A stretch of 61,897 nt of DNA. It comes from Azolla caroliniana (taxonomy: Eukaryota > Plantae > Polypodiophyta). The stretch is taken from assembly GCA_043228905.1 (NCBI GenBank), contig JBHGNT010000170.1, positions 1 to 61,897 of the forward strand, in the 5' to 3' direction. Below are positions 1-11,753 of the stretch, piece by piece; position 1 is the first letter of the stretch; the number at the start of each line of letters is the position of its first letter. The notes below the pieces were generated by a model. The model was not told the DNA's origin. It saw nothing but the letters and a program-made list of their open reading frames with translations, and ran no database searches. A program made the position numbers and the translations under genes.

Positions 1-1256
1 AGTCGAAAAAGCCAATCCCAACACGCGCACATTTAATGTTGACAATTCGTTCAAGTCCTATTTCATCAACGGAGAGAGAAGATCTTTCTCCGTCCATTTC
101 TTGGGTTGACGAGATGTATCCAAGTCTTTGTTTTCCGATGCTTTCACAATTACGAGTAATTATGTGCTTGTCTCATACTATGGACAATTGAGGCAGTAAT
201 AGTCATCCACTTGATTGAAACGTGTTAGATAATTGTTAGGACCAAGGAAATTTGATGTTGGACAAATAGTTTTCTTGCAAACTAACAACACCAATTGTTA
301 TTGCAGTGATTACGATACTCATCAAAGATCTAGGCTTGCCCATTATCCCTTAGAGGAAATACATCCTAAAGTACAAAGTGAAAGCAACACCTTTATACAT
401 CATATCATAGACTCCAACGAATCAAAATTCGCAAATGATTGCCATGATAGTCTACTTGGTAAAGCTCAAAATTTGCTATATTTATTTCATGGGTCCAACT
501 CTCTAAAACCGGATTCAATGTAGGGAAAAACTATGGTCGATAACGTATTGGCCGGGGTGGGAAACAAAAGGAATCACCAAACAAAAAGGCGACGATTTGT
601 AACCCAAAGCTCTTAATGGATCCGTAGGTAGGTTCTCTCGTATATGTTCTATTTATTGTCCGATGGATGAGACCATAGAAATTCGAAGGACATGTCTAGG
701 ATCCCACATTTTGTACGTTATGAATGTTCTCCTTTTTTTCAGATTCACACATCATCAGGTTATGAATGATATATGACATGAATTTGATTACACACAGATA
801 TTTTGATTGCTGGATTGATTACCTGCAGCAAATTTGATTTTGATTGATCAGAATACCGAAATCGAGGGACTAAACACAAATATATGGTGCTGATTTTTGT
901 TGCATTTGCAATCAATTTTGTGCAGCCTTCGCAGCCCGAAGGTGGAGCTAGTTATTGATCTCCAAATACCAATTTGTTAACGAAAATCCACATAAGAAAA
1001 CAGACAGTGAAGCTTGCGAAGAATGTTGAGACAAATGGTATACAATCTTCAGATAGCATCATGCTTATTGCAAGAACACCGATAGATTAAATCAGACACT
1101 CTTCATTCAGCACAGCACAAGCCTAGAATAGAAGAGGAAGAATTTAGGGTTTTACATGTCAAACAATAGGTGTCTTCCTATGACTCATTTGCCATGGCAC
1201 ACCTTAGAGCAGAGCCTACAAAACACTCATCTCATGTCATGATAATTGTAATCACC

Positions 1257-4200
1257 TTAAGATGACAAACACTTTGAAGGGGTAGGAGGTATGGGTGGCT
1301 TCAGATCAGGAAATCTGCAAAACAAAATAAGAGTTCTCATTGCTTTCTATCAACAATATTGTTGCTACATTAGCTATACAATACAGGAGAAAAACAAGAA
1401 AGGCTTCAAATCCTGAAACTTACCCTGCATAGGGAGACAGAGGAGTAGATGATGATGAGCTTGGCAGTGCTTCCACTACCATTTTTTCAAGCTCTTGCTT
1501 GGCAGGTGGAGAAGATCTTGGTGAACTTGGGGGCTTGAGATCGGGAAACCTAAGCACAACCATTTCAAAAAAGTTGGGAATTTCTTAATCGCTCTTCAAT
1601 GGAAAACAAGAAGAAAAAAGAGCGTGTAAACGTGAATTGACAATCTTCCTTTCTGCAATCTAAAAATAATTGTTTTCTGTGGATTCTACGTACTGCGTGT
1701 AAGGTGAAAGAGGCCTTGAACATGATAGAAGTATATCAGTCACATTTTCCGAAGGTGAAGGTGCAGGTGAAGGTGCGTCTTCTTCTTTTTCTTCCTCAAG
1801 AGGTTTAGGTTTCTGCCAAGGCCAAACAAAAGAAGTTGCTGCCATTGCCTTTGCCAGCGCTTCTTCTTCCCTCGCTGCAACCTCTTTTATCAACAATTTC
1901 CTTGCTTCTAGGTCTTCTATTGATCCTGGTATGCTCTCCTTATCTTCCTTGGTGTTCTTAACTGGTGATATGGATTCATCCTTCTGTTCAGTTTGTTCTA
2001 TGTCTTTTGGCTCATACACCTGTTCACTTTTTGATGCAGGGGGGCTTGGTGTTGGAGGACGGGGTGGCTTCAATCCAGGAAACCTGTGTAAGAGTAATTT
2101 TCTTTCAGTAAACGTCTTCGGAAACCATTCCAAAAATCATTAACTGAATGAGAGAATTTAGATGGATGAGACATGGAAATGAAACTCTTATAATCTACCT
2201 TTATTTTTCATAATGTAGATGTGTGTAGATGAAGATTTTAGTCTTAATCACACAGAAACAGAGTGTACTAGAGGTGTTGAGGATAAAATTGCGGACTCCC
2301 ATAAAAAAGGTAGAGTTGAATGATAATGAAACTTTATACATGTCAATCTAGGATTTGAAAACTTTATGGCCCTGCCGGCTCCCATAAAAAAGATAGAGCT
2401 CAAGTATGATGATTTTGATCTAGATGTGACTCTGATTGCAAGGTATGTTCTCTGAATGACTGAGAATGTCTATGGTTCAAATCCGTATATCCCTAATGAC
2501 ATACGTTACCATTCTAATGTTAAATCTATAACAATAAGTATCTACCTATGGAGTTAGAGATAGTTCTAACTTATAGAGTTTTTGTTCGTGCTACATGTTA
2601 TCTTACAAAGAAGTCTGGCTAAATGAAGATTACAAACACCCGGATTAGCCATTCTTAGACAAGATTTCTATGTAGTTGTGGAAGATGGATTAAATCATGG
2701 ATATGCAAAATCAGGGGCAGTTATCAGTAACTAATATACAGGTGTCTGGTTTATGGCTCTTCATCCTAATATGGTATGCAGAATGCGATGTGGTGCATTG
2801 GAATTTGAACATTGAAGTGGAGGAAATAAAGAGAGGATGTAAAGGTGTTGACGATTTGGTAGAGCTGGAATATTAGAATCCTTTATGACAATGATTTCTT
2901 GGACGATACACAGAAAGGATACTATCCCACGAGATTATGGCATTAGAGGCTTCTCTTTGCCACAAATAGTTCAAATTAGGTTATTGAGACAGTTGGCATT
3001 TGTATTATGGTCATTAGAGTGTGGGAATTTGTTTTGGCTTTCATGAGTATGCAAAGTGGTGCTCAGGATGCCTCGCCAATTGACAGTAGTACATTACATA
3101 TAAAAACAGGACATGGACTGGACTGGAAGGCTTCCACCACATCAAAAAAATGCTCAATATGATGACATGGGCATGTATTCTAACATGAGATGCTCTTTGA
3201 AGGGGGTGGAGGTGTGGGTGCGTTTGGATTAGGAATCTGCAATGGAAAGAAATAGTTTTCATTGCTTTCATTGCTTTCTATCAGTAACAATGTAGACATG
3301 AGCTATATACAATCCATGAGAAAAATAAATAAATTCTGTAAGGATTAAAACATACCCTGCATATGGAGACAGAGAAGTAGATGATGATAATCTTGGCAGT
3401 GCTTCCACTACCTGTACAGCTGGAGATGGTGAACTTGGTGGCTTGAGATCTGGAAACCTAGGAACAACCATTTCAAACAGGCTGAGAATTCTTAATTGCT
3501 CTTCAATGGAAAAAAAGAAGGCCAAGTTACATAGACATGCATTGACAATCTTCTTTTCCAGCTATGTAAAAAAATTGTTTTCCGAGGATAATGCATACTG
3601 TGTGTAAGGTGAAAGAGGCCTTGACCAGGATGGAAGTATATCAGTCACATTTTCCGAAGGTGAAGCTGACGGCGAAGGTGCAACTTCTTCTTTTTCTTCC
3701 TCAAGAGGTTTAGGTTTCTGCCAAGGCCAAACAAACGAAGTTGCTTCCAGTGCCTTTGCCAACGCTTCTTCTTCCCTTGTTGCAATCTCTTGTGTCAACA
3801 ATTTCCTTGCTTCTATGTCTTCTATTGATCCTGTTATGATCTCCTTATCTTCCTTGGTGTTCTTAACTGGTGATATGGATTCATCCTTCTGTTCAGTTTG
3901 TTCTATGACTTTTGGCTCAGTCACCTGTTCACTTTTTGATGCAGGGGGGCTTGGTGTTGGAGGACGGGGTGGCTTCAGTCCAGGAAACCTGTGTAAGAGT
4001 AATTTTCTTTCAGTAAACATCTTGGGAAACCGATTGAGAGAATTCATTTGATTTAACAGGGAATTCATTCTTTCAGTAAACATCTTGAAAATCATTAACC
4101 GAATGAGAAAATTTTGATGGATGAGACATGAAAATGAAATTCTGATTTTTCATAATGAGGATATATGTAGATGAAGAATTTAATCTAAAACATGTAGAAA

Positions 4201-4380
4201 GAGAGTACTAGAGGTATAGAGGATGACATTGCAGACTCCCGTAATAACGGTAGAGCTGAAACTCTTTGCATGTCAATCTAGGATCTGAAAACTTTATGTC
4301 CTTGCGGGCTCCCATTAAAATGGTAGAGCTCAATAATAATGATTGTGATTTAGAAGTGACTTCGATTGCAAGGTATGCCC
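1257..4380 (-). repeat. Internal tandem duplication (~1.2-kb unit, offset ~1.9 kb) of the last three Tic62 exons with their introns
   Basis: Copy A (~3180-4380) and copy B (~1257-2450) share near-identical exons (FPGLKPPRPPTPSPPASKSEQV...SFVWPWQKPKPLEEEKE) and intron text (catgtcaatctagga..gaaaactttatg at ~4269 and ~2339). Confidence 0.9.
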
Positions 4381-7300
4381 TTAATAGAATTTTTCTTCGC
4401 ACTACAAGTTACTATACAAACAAGCCAGGAAAATTGAAGATTATACAATGCTAAACTCTCACCATTTCTGCCAGGTTTTTTTCTTGCTTGCAATTCGTCT
4501 CCTGTATGGCTTGAGCCCAGGCAACTTACATGCATCATGCAAGAATATGATGAATATGAATATGTATACATCAACAAATCTAAGATGGATTCCTTGGTTT
4601 ATTTTGAACAAATTGTATTGCATACTATCTTTTGCGAACATAAACGACAGAACACTTGGCATCTCAAAGAAGAATACTATCATTTCAAACCTATTCAGAG
4701 AAATCATTAATACCTATTATTCAAGTCAATATAAATGATTTAGACGCATGAAGTAGAGATTACCCAATATATGGTGATAGTACTGCATAAGCTTGCTTCT
4801 TTGTTTGGTTATCTTTATCTACCTTAGCAGCTTCTGCTGCCTTTTCTGCTGTGAGTGTAGCCTTCTTCTCCACTTCCTCATCTTTCTTTTTCTGATCTGC
4901 TGCTTTTTGCTCTTCTTCCTCCCTCTTAGCATTTTGCTCCTTCAAATCCCTTGCTTCAATTTCTGATTTATCTAGTTCTTCCTTTTTCCCAGTTTCCAGC
5001 CTAGCAAGTTTCGCTGCATCTTGCTTCTTTGTTTCCTCTGCTTGTTTCTTCTCTACAATCTTTGCCACTGCTAGTTTTTCAACTTGTTCCTCAGTTTCGA
5101 TTGCTGATGGTTGTGAATCATTTGATCCACCGTCATCAGCAACGGTTTCAGTGCCTAGTGTTGGCAGCTTGAAGAAGGAGAATATATTTTTAGATTCTTC
5201 TTTCAACTCTTTACTACTTGAAACATTTTGCAGACTTTCAATTTTCACTGATTCCAGTATCTTTCGCTTTTCCTCGTCTGAAAGTCTGCATTGAGAGGCA
5301 ATGAAAGTAATATTGTGACCAAACAATCTTATGGGTGCATGCATGACGCATAAATATGAATGGGAAATATTAGCCTTAATGAACTCACACATTGCCTTTT
5401 CTAGCTGCTGCTAGAATGGCCGCCTCAAGAGCCTTAGCTTGCTTTGCAGCCAAAGCAGCAGCTTCTGCCTTTGCTCGGATATCTGCTGCTTTATCTTCCA
5501 ATTCAGCTTTCTCTGCAAGTGCAGCTTTTGCCTCATTCTCCCTTTCTTTTGCGGCTTCAATCTCAACCTCATATCTTTCCCGTAATGCCTTCAACTCAAG
5601 CTTTTCATCTTCATTCACATTGTTCAGCCTCTTACTTTCCTGAATTACAAATTAGGAAGCATTTTTTATCCTCATTCATGTGTGTGATGTTTTTGACATA
5701 GGAACATCTAAATGAGTGACAATTTAATTTTTACCTCTTTTCTATTTCTGGATATGGTGGGACGAGGCTTTTTGCTTTGAGAAATTGGAACTGTTTGTGC
5801 ACCATAAGTTGGAATTTCTTCTAGTAACTCTCTGATGGGTCTCAATGGAGCTGTTGTCTCAGCAACGACTTCAACAATCTTGTCTCTTGAGATATCTGGA
5901 TTCTCAACAATGCTTGCTATAAGCTCAGCCACCTGATTCAATTATCAATGTGAGCGTGAGTATGAGAAACATTAATTCTGATTTGTTTATGCTTGCTAAG
6001 CGCAGCCACATGATTCAATTATCAATTGGAGCATGAGCATGAGGAACATTAATTCTGATTTGTTTTTTGTCATCGTGGTTTGGAGTTCAAAGTCAAGAAC
6101 CTGTAGATTAGATACTTGACCACCAAACAGCTTATCAGCCTCTGCAAGAGTGAGGTTGTGAGTCTCTTTATATGAATCAGTGGGTCGCTCCATGCCACCT
6201 GGCCGAACAATCTGGATGTACAATTTTGGTATTTTGAGTTGAGATTTCAAGGTATGTGTACAATGTTGATTGAGAGAGCACATTACAATGCAGATTACTC
6301 ACTGTGTATGGAAGTCCACTTTCAACCAGAGCCTTTTCAGCCTTGGCTTTCCATAGAAGAACTCCCCAAAAAAGGCTGCGCCACAAATCAGTTTTTCAAT
6401 GGGTTAAAAACACCAGATATTTATTGAGTGAAATTGAACATTTTGGGTTAAAGTTCAAAATGGACTAACTTCAACACCGCTGCTGGAAAGCCAAATTTTT
6501 GGGTTCCCAAAGAAGTCAATAGCACAAAATGATTTACTTCAGCTGCAGAAGCTGTACAAAGAAAACTTGTAGACCTTAAAAAGGAATTAGAATACACATG
6601 TGAAGGATATGTTAAGACAATAAAAGCCAACAAAATAAATGAATCCTAATTCGACATGCGTTATAGGGGAAAATCATGTTTCATGATTACCAGCATTTAT
6701 CAAGTTCTCTGTAGCTTTGTAGTCAATACGGTAAGGACCGGTAACATCAAGTATCTCTTTCTCACTTGCACCAATACAACACACTACAACACCAGCATTT
6801 CCTAAAGCAGGTGCAATGCTTTCAACCACCTCCAAATCACATTCCACTAAATCCAACTGTGGCTTCACAGATTTGGGCTTAAGAAAAGCAAAAAGCTTTG
6901 CTGGCTGCATTTATATTACAGCATGGAATGGTATTGATTTTACGCTTCCATTGAAATAAATTTTCTGCAAAGATTCAAAATACATCGAATAAGACAAAAT
7001 TACCGAAAAGAGAGTGAAAGAGTTTGTTTCTTCTGGTTGTGCTTCTATAGTGGTGTTCTCCAAAACATCCTAAATAAAAGACAGAGATGAGGTTATTTGC
7101 AAATGGCCTGTTTATGTTCAAGTGAAGTACTGGAGTGTTTTAAAAATTTGGAGTGCATACTAACCTGAAACAAAGCCTCAGCTTTCTCTACATTCCTTGC
7201 ACTTGCACGGACTTGGAAGCCTAACTTCAGGAGTTCTCTGAATGAGATGTGAATTGTTGATCAAAACCACTTTGTTGTGCTAGTAAGACATGCCCAAAAA

Positions 7301-8051
7301 CAAATATTTTTCTAGTGATATAGTATTTTATATTACTGATGGGAAAACCTCAATGCCGGTGAAAAGTCACAAAATAATATCAACATTCCTACATACCTCA
7401 CTTACCTTACAGTTCTTGAGCCAACCTTTCCAGTCGCTCCTGCCACAAAGACTATTTTGTTGTCTTTTGGAGGCTGGCTTGTGACTTTCAACTTGTTAGT
7501 TCCTGGGAACTTAACAAACTTCTTTATTGGCCCCTCAGGTTGTGCTTCTGATTCATCTTCTTCCTCTGCAACCTTCAATGCATCTCTTGCAAAAACTACA
7601 TGATCCAAGTCATGCTGTTCCTTTAATATGCATACACATACACATACACATTCACACATGCATACGTTACACACATTCGCATATGCATACACACATGTAC
7701 ATGTACACGTACGCCTATAGCTATAGATATACCTATACCTATACCTATACCTATACCTATACCTGGCGTGGTAGAAAGACCAAGTGAAATTATAGTGTGT
7801 ATCTTTATACATATAGAAATGCAAATGCATGTACTTGAATAAACATAAACATAGACATTGTGTAATGACATCCCAAGTGCGTAAATGTGTGAATTGGGAT
7901 GACATTTTGTTTTATCTACCTCTTGTTTGTGGTTGAAATGCCCAGTGTAATCTAGATCGTCTCCGGAGATGAATCCTTTTCCTTCCCAATGGGTGGTTAG
8001 TATGTGTGAATGTGGTCCATGGCTGGCCAAGTGAATATAACAACTGCCCAT
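1257..8051 (-). CDS. TIC62: Tic62-like protein (N-terminal NAD(P)-binding Rossmann/SDR-like domain, E/K/A-rich linker, C-terminal Pro/Ser-rich FNR-binding repeats); multi-exon
   Basis: Spliced translation gives VFVAGATGKVGSRTVR|ELLKLGFQVRA..., VVCCIGASEKEILDVTGPYRIDYKATENLINA, HFVLLTSLGT, LFWGVLLWK, IVRPGGMERPTDSYKETHN and VAELIA..., then repeats LSPY(I/T/A)(G/Q)|FP(G/D)LKPP. Approximate exons: 8051-7920 (uncertain), 7620-7406, 7237-7165, ~7070-7004, ~6904-6691, ~6545-6470, ~6377-6302, ~6210-6101, ~5933-5734, ~5639-5394, ~5286-4763, 3988-3599, 3457-3356, 2083-1694, 1549-1424, 1314-1257 (TAA). The first exon and the splicing through the duplicated 3' cassette are inferred. Confidence 0.9.
7729..7763. 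repeat. (TATACC)n microsatellite within a TACA-rich intron
   Basis: Directly visible; produces the spurious RYRYRY/GIGIGI ORFs. Confidence 0.9.
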
Positions 8052-9106
8052 GATTCATCACAGTTTCCATTATGTGCGCCAATGATGCTATGATCTATAC
8101 TGTGGAGCTGAGAATGTTCAAATATAAAGAGGTAATAAGATGAATGTAGAGATGAAATCTGAGAGAATCATCATATCCGGTGTTAGCTAAGCCCTGTGCT
8201 GAAATGAGGTCGGATGATCCACCATAGCCAGATTGAGCTCGGATATTAAAATATCCAATCGGTGATCAAAATGAGGGCCAACTTCGGTTTGTGTTATCCT
8301 ATCCATATCCATTGTTGCTCTCTGTTTTTTATTTTATGTATATTATTAACTTATTTCCATTACCAGGCTTTTGAGCAAAAGATAAACAATATTGATTTTT
8401 CTTTGATGTCAAGAGGCCTCTCCTTTTTGGATGGAGGATAAGGGTTCAATGCCTTCCTTTCCTGTTACTATCATTAATCTTCTTCTTCTTCTTGAGGGTC
8501 CGCCATGCCACACGGCCCTTCAACCACTTACAATTACTAGATATGAGGATATGGTCGTTGTGCCCGCCTTTGTCGGGGCCGGTTGGATCATACCAAAACT
8601 AAGGCTTTGATATGTATACCACTCGTATACTTTTGTGCATGCACGCGACATCATTAAGTTACATGTAGTCCCAACAAAATCATTAGCTTAAATACTCATG
8701 AGACTTGTAATCCCCAAATCTAGAAACCCACAAAGTCTTGTCCATGATCATATGTTTTGGCCTCTCTTTGCCTCAATAGTTTAATAATCATTTTTCAATT
8801 GTGATTAATTAGTTCAATAGATGCATTGATGATTTGATCCTTACATTGTTAGGATGACTATGACAAACGTGGCATTGCTAGCCCATAGCCTAGAATAACA
8901 TATGACATTCTCACTTGATGGTTAGAGATAATGAGTCAAGTTCCCTTCATTTGTAAAATTACAAATTTAGACCCCACGGTGCCAAGTGATTCATTGACTT
9001 GTGTGATACAATTTTGGCTTTGTCCTACGACGTGTTTGGCTGCAACTAGCTCTTGAGCATTGACGTGTTGTCTTTATGTAAATGCGGACACATGTTTTAT
9101 TAATCA

Positions 9107-9296
9107 TGCCATGTGGGTATAATATGTTGCTCTAAAATGATTGTTAATTATCGCTGTCAAGATTGAAGTGTGCCATGTGGGCATAATATGTTGCTCTAAA
9201 ATTATTGTTAATTATCACTATCAAGATTCAAGTGTGCCATGTGGACATAATATGTTGCTCTAAAATGATTGTTAATTATCATTGTCGAGATTGAAT
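9107..9296. repeat. Tandem repeat, 64-bp unit, ~3 copies
   Basis: gccatgtgg(g)cataatatgttgctctaaaatgattgttaattatc starts at 9108, 9172 and 9236. Confidence 0.9.
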
Positions 9297-9720
9297 TGAT
9301 TGAATTGTAAGAAGATGGTGCGTGACAATATGAGGAAGGTCACGATGACCCTAAGTTGACATACCTCGCGCGCTTTTTGATAGGCCAAAAAGAGCCATAG
9401 TTGCATAGTATTGAATATTGCACATGTTACAATGCCCAACTCTTCATAATATTGAGCAATTGAGAAGTAGGAAGCCATATATACATATGGAAATGATTGA
9501 GATTGAAGGTCCCACTTCATGATGATGTAGATCTCTTTGAAGTAGAAGAGCTACATACATTTTTTATAACCAAAATGAAGTTGCATTTTGTGTAGATCCT
9601 AAAATCAACCAATATTTACTTATATACAAGTACATTTAATCATATCTCTAGGTTTGCCCATGTAAGTAAATAGCAAGACATTGTGGGGGTGGTGCGTTGC
9701 CTCTTATTTGCGAATGTTTT

Positions 9721-11753
9721 TTTTTTTTTTTCCAAAAAAGAATATACTCCATTAGTTAAAATATACACAAACTCGATCCCTTTCTCGGGTAGGCCGTGCC
9801 AAGACTATCCTATCCTACATAAGAGATCTCGTTGATTTATCTTACACTTTCACATATGTCTCTAACCATCCTTTCATACACTTCACCTACATTCACTATC
9901 CCACATGCCATGTCTTTCACGCCCCTCGTTCAACGAATGGGAGGGGGAAAACCATCTGGGTACTTCATACTTCCATAGTATATCCATTCCATTTGTTGCG
10001 GCCATCGGTGTAGTACGCCATCACTTTCGAAAATTCAGCCTCATTAGTTCAGCAGCATCATCAATACCATCAATCCGCACATATTGAGCTCTAAGTGTAG
10101 TTATTAATGTGTGTCAGATTAGCTTAATCGATTCAGCTGGAGGGTGTTTGTGTGCTGAAAATACCCTGGTACACCTTGTTGTCCATATACACCATATAGT
10201 AATGGGGGCAAGCAACATCCAAAAATCTCCAAGTTTTTGATTCTGTGCACAAGATGTAGGTACCCTGTTGTCAGTGATCAACCGAACAATGCCATTCTCT
10301 CCTCTATACTGAGCATCGCATGTTCTATCGTACAGAGGGTGAACGAACTAGAGGCAAGGCAAAGCAAACGTAGTGTCCTTCCCCATATAGCCACTGCCTC
10401 GCGACATTCCCATAGACAATGGGAAATTCTTTCTATCTGTCCACATGCAATACATCTAGGGTCTACATTGGGGCCTTTACCCCACATCCCTACCGACAAG
10501 GCTCTATGTGCAATAAGCCATAAGCACATCATTATCTTGCAGTCATATTTGTCATGCCATATCATTTTCCAAAATTTATCTAGTCTCATTTCACTAATGC
10601 CCTCCTGTATCCAAAATTTCTTTGCCGCAATCTTGTCGTGTTCTTGTTCTAGAATAATTTGCCTCCCAATCTTCGTGTTATACCTGAAAATTTGAACAAG
10701 CTTTTCCCCATCAGTTTGTCCTTGAGTTCTCCAAAAATACATCGTTGGGTCCCATGATAGTAGATCCAAATGCCCTTCTATAGGCCAACACACCGTCGCC
10801 AGTGTGATCTCCCTTGGCTTAGGGTCAATAATCATATTCTTGCCATTTTTTGCGATTGGCCTAATCGGCCTTTCTCTTTGAAAGGTTGTTGCTCAACTCT
10901 TACCATTCCGTGCTCTAGTTTGTAGTAGCATACCTCATTTGATTCTACTTTCATTCCCTTAATGCCAATTAAACAATTTTCAATATCTATAAGACCTGTC
11001 CACGCAATTTCAGAGGTTGTTACTTCTTCCTTTTCCAAAGTATTCCTGTAGCATGCAATGACATATGTAATTCTCTTGAGCATGCCTTTACCCCTGCTTA
11101 TTCTCCATATTCTAGCCTTTTGAGTGCCCACCTCATTGGACAAAAACCTCTCCCATTCCACTAATGCATTCCCTTGGGCATTGATTAACTCAGCCCATTT
11201 GAAACCGGTTTTTTGTCCTATCATCAGCCCATCCACATCTCTAATCAATGGGTTCCACACAATTGGCATGTACATCCGCCCATATGCATCATTTCTCCAC
11301 CTACATGTGATCCCCTTTCTGATTTCTTGCCATGCTTTCATAATTCCAATAGCACAAAGACTCTGCATACTTCCCCAATATTTGGGTCTCATTTTTGGCA
11401 CAAAGCCCCAAAATGGGTTGCTTGGCCAACGTCCACCTTGTCTTGGCAACCACATCTTCCATCTACGTCGCCATAGAACTTTCCAAGGTGCCTCAAGAGG
11501 TTGTAGGCTCCTGACCACTAGTTTGCCTAGCAATGCCTTCGTTTGCACCACGGATCTATCAATCCCACCCCCCTTGCACTTTTCCTTTTTATAAGCGTGG
11601 TCCAAGCAACCTTTGCACAAGCTTGTTTTTCCTATGTGCCCCCCCATAAGAAATTTCTGATAATCCTTTTTATCAATTTCATCAACTTGGGCACGATTAT
11701 CCAGCATGCAGCAGATAGTGGCCATTAGATGAATTATGTTTTGATGAATATTT
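9721..11753 (-). mobile_element. 5'-truncated L1-type non-LTR retrotransposon (end of ORF2 with zf-RVT), frameshifted, with poly(A) tail and 17-bp TSD
   Basis: Minus-strand ORFs 10832-11725 and 10278-10835 encode ALLGKLVVRSL..PWK and FWKMIW..CLWLIAHRAL..CIACGQIERISHCLWEC (zf-RVT-like CCHC). A T-run at 9717-9731 is the element's poly(A). Direct repeat TTATTTGCGAATGTTTT at 9704-9720 and 11754-11770. Confidence 0.88.

Noticed and set aside
1-700. 96-aa ORF 233-523 and possible transposon remnant
   Set aside because: No recognisable motif in any frame.
4495-4530. LPGLKPY in a Tic62 intron as another degenerate FNR-repeat exon
   Set aside because: Match is too short and lacks a convincing acceptor; may be chance.
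7402-8051. ORFs with RYRYRY/GIGIGI/YTYTYT tracts
   Set aside because: Translations of an intronic microsatellite; only the flanking exon parts belong to Tic62.
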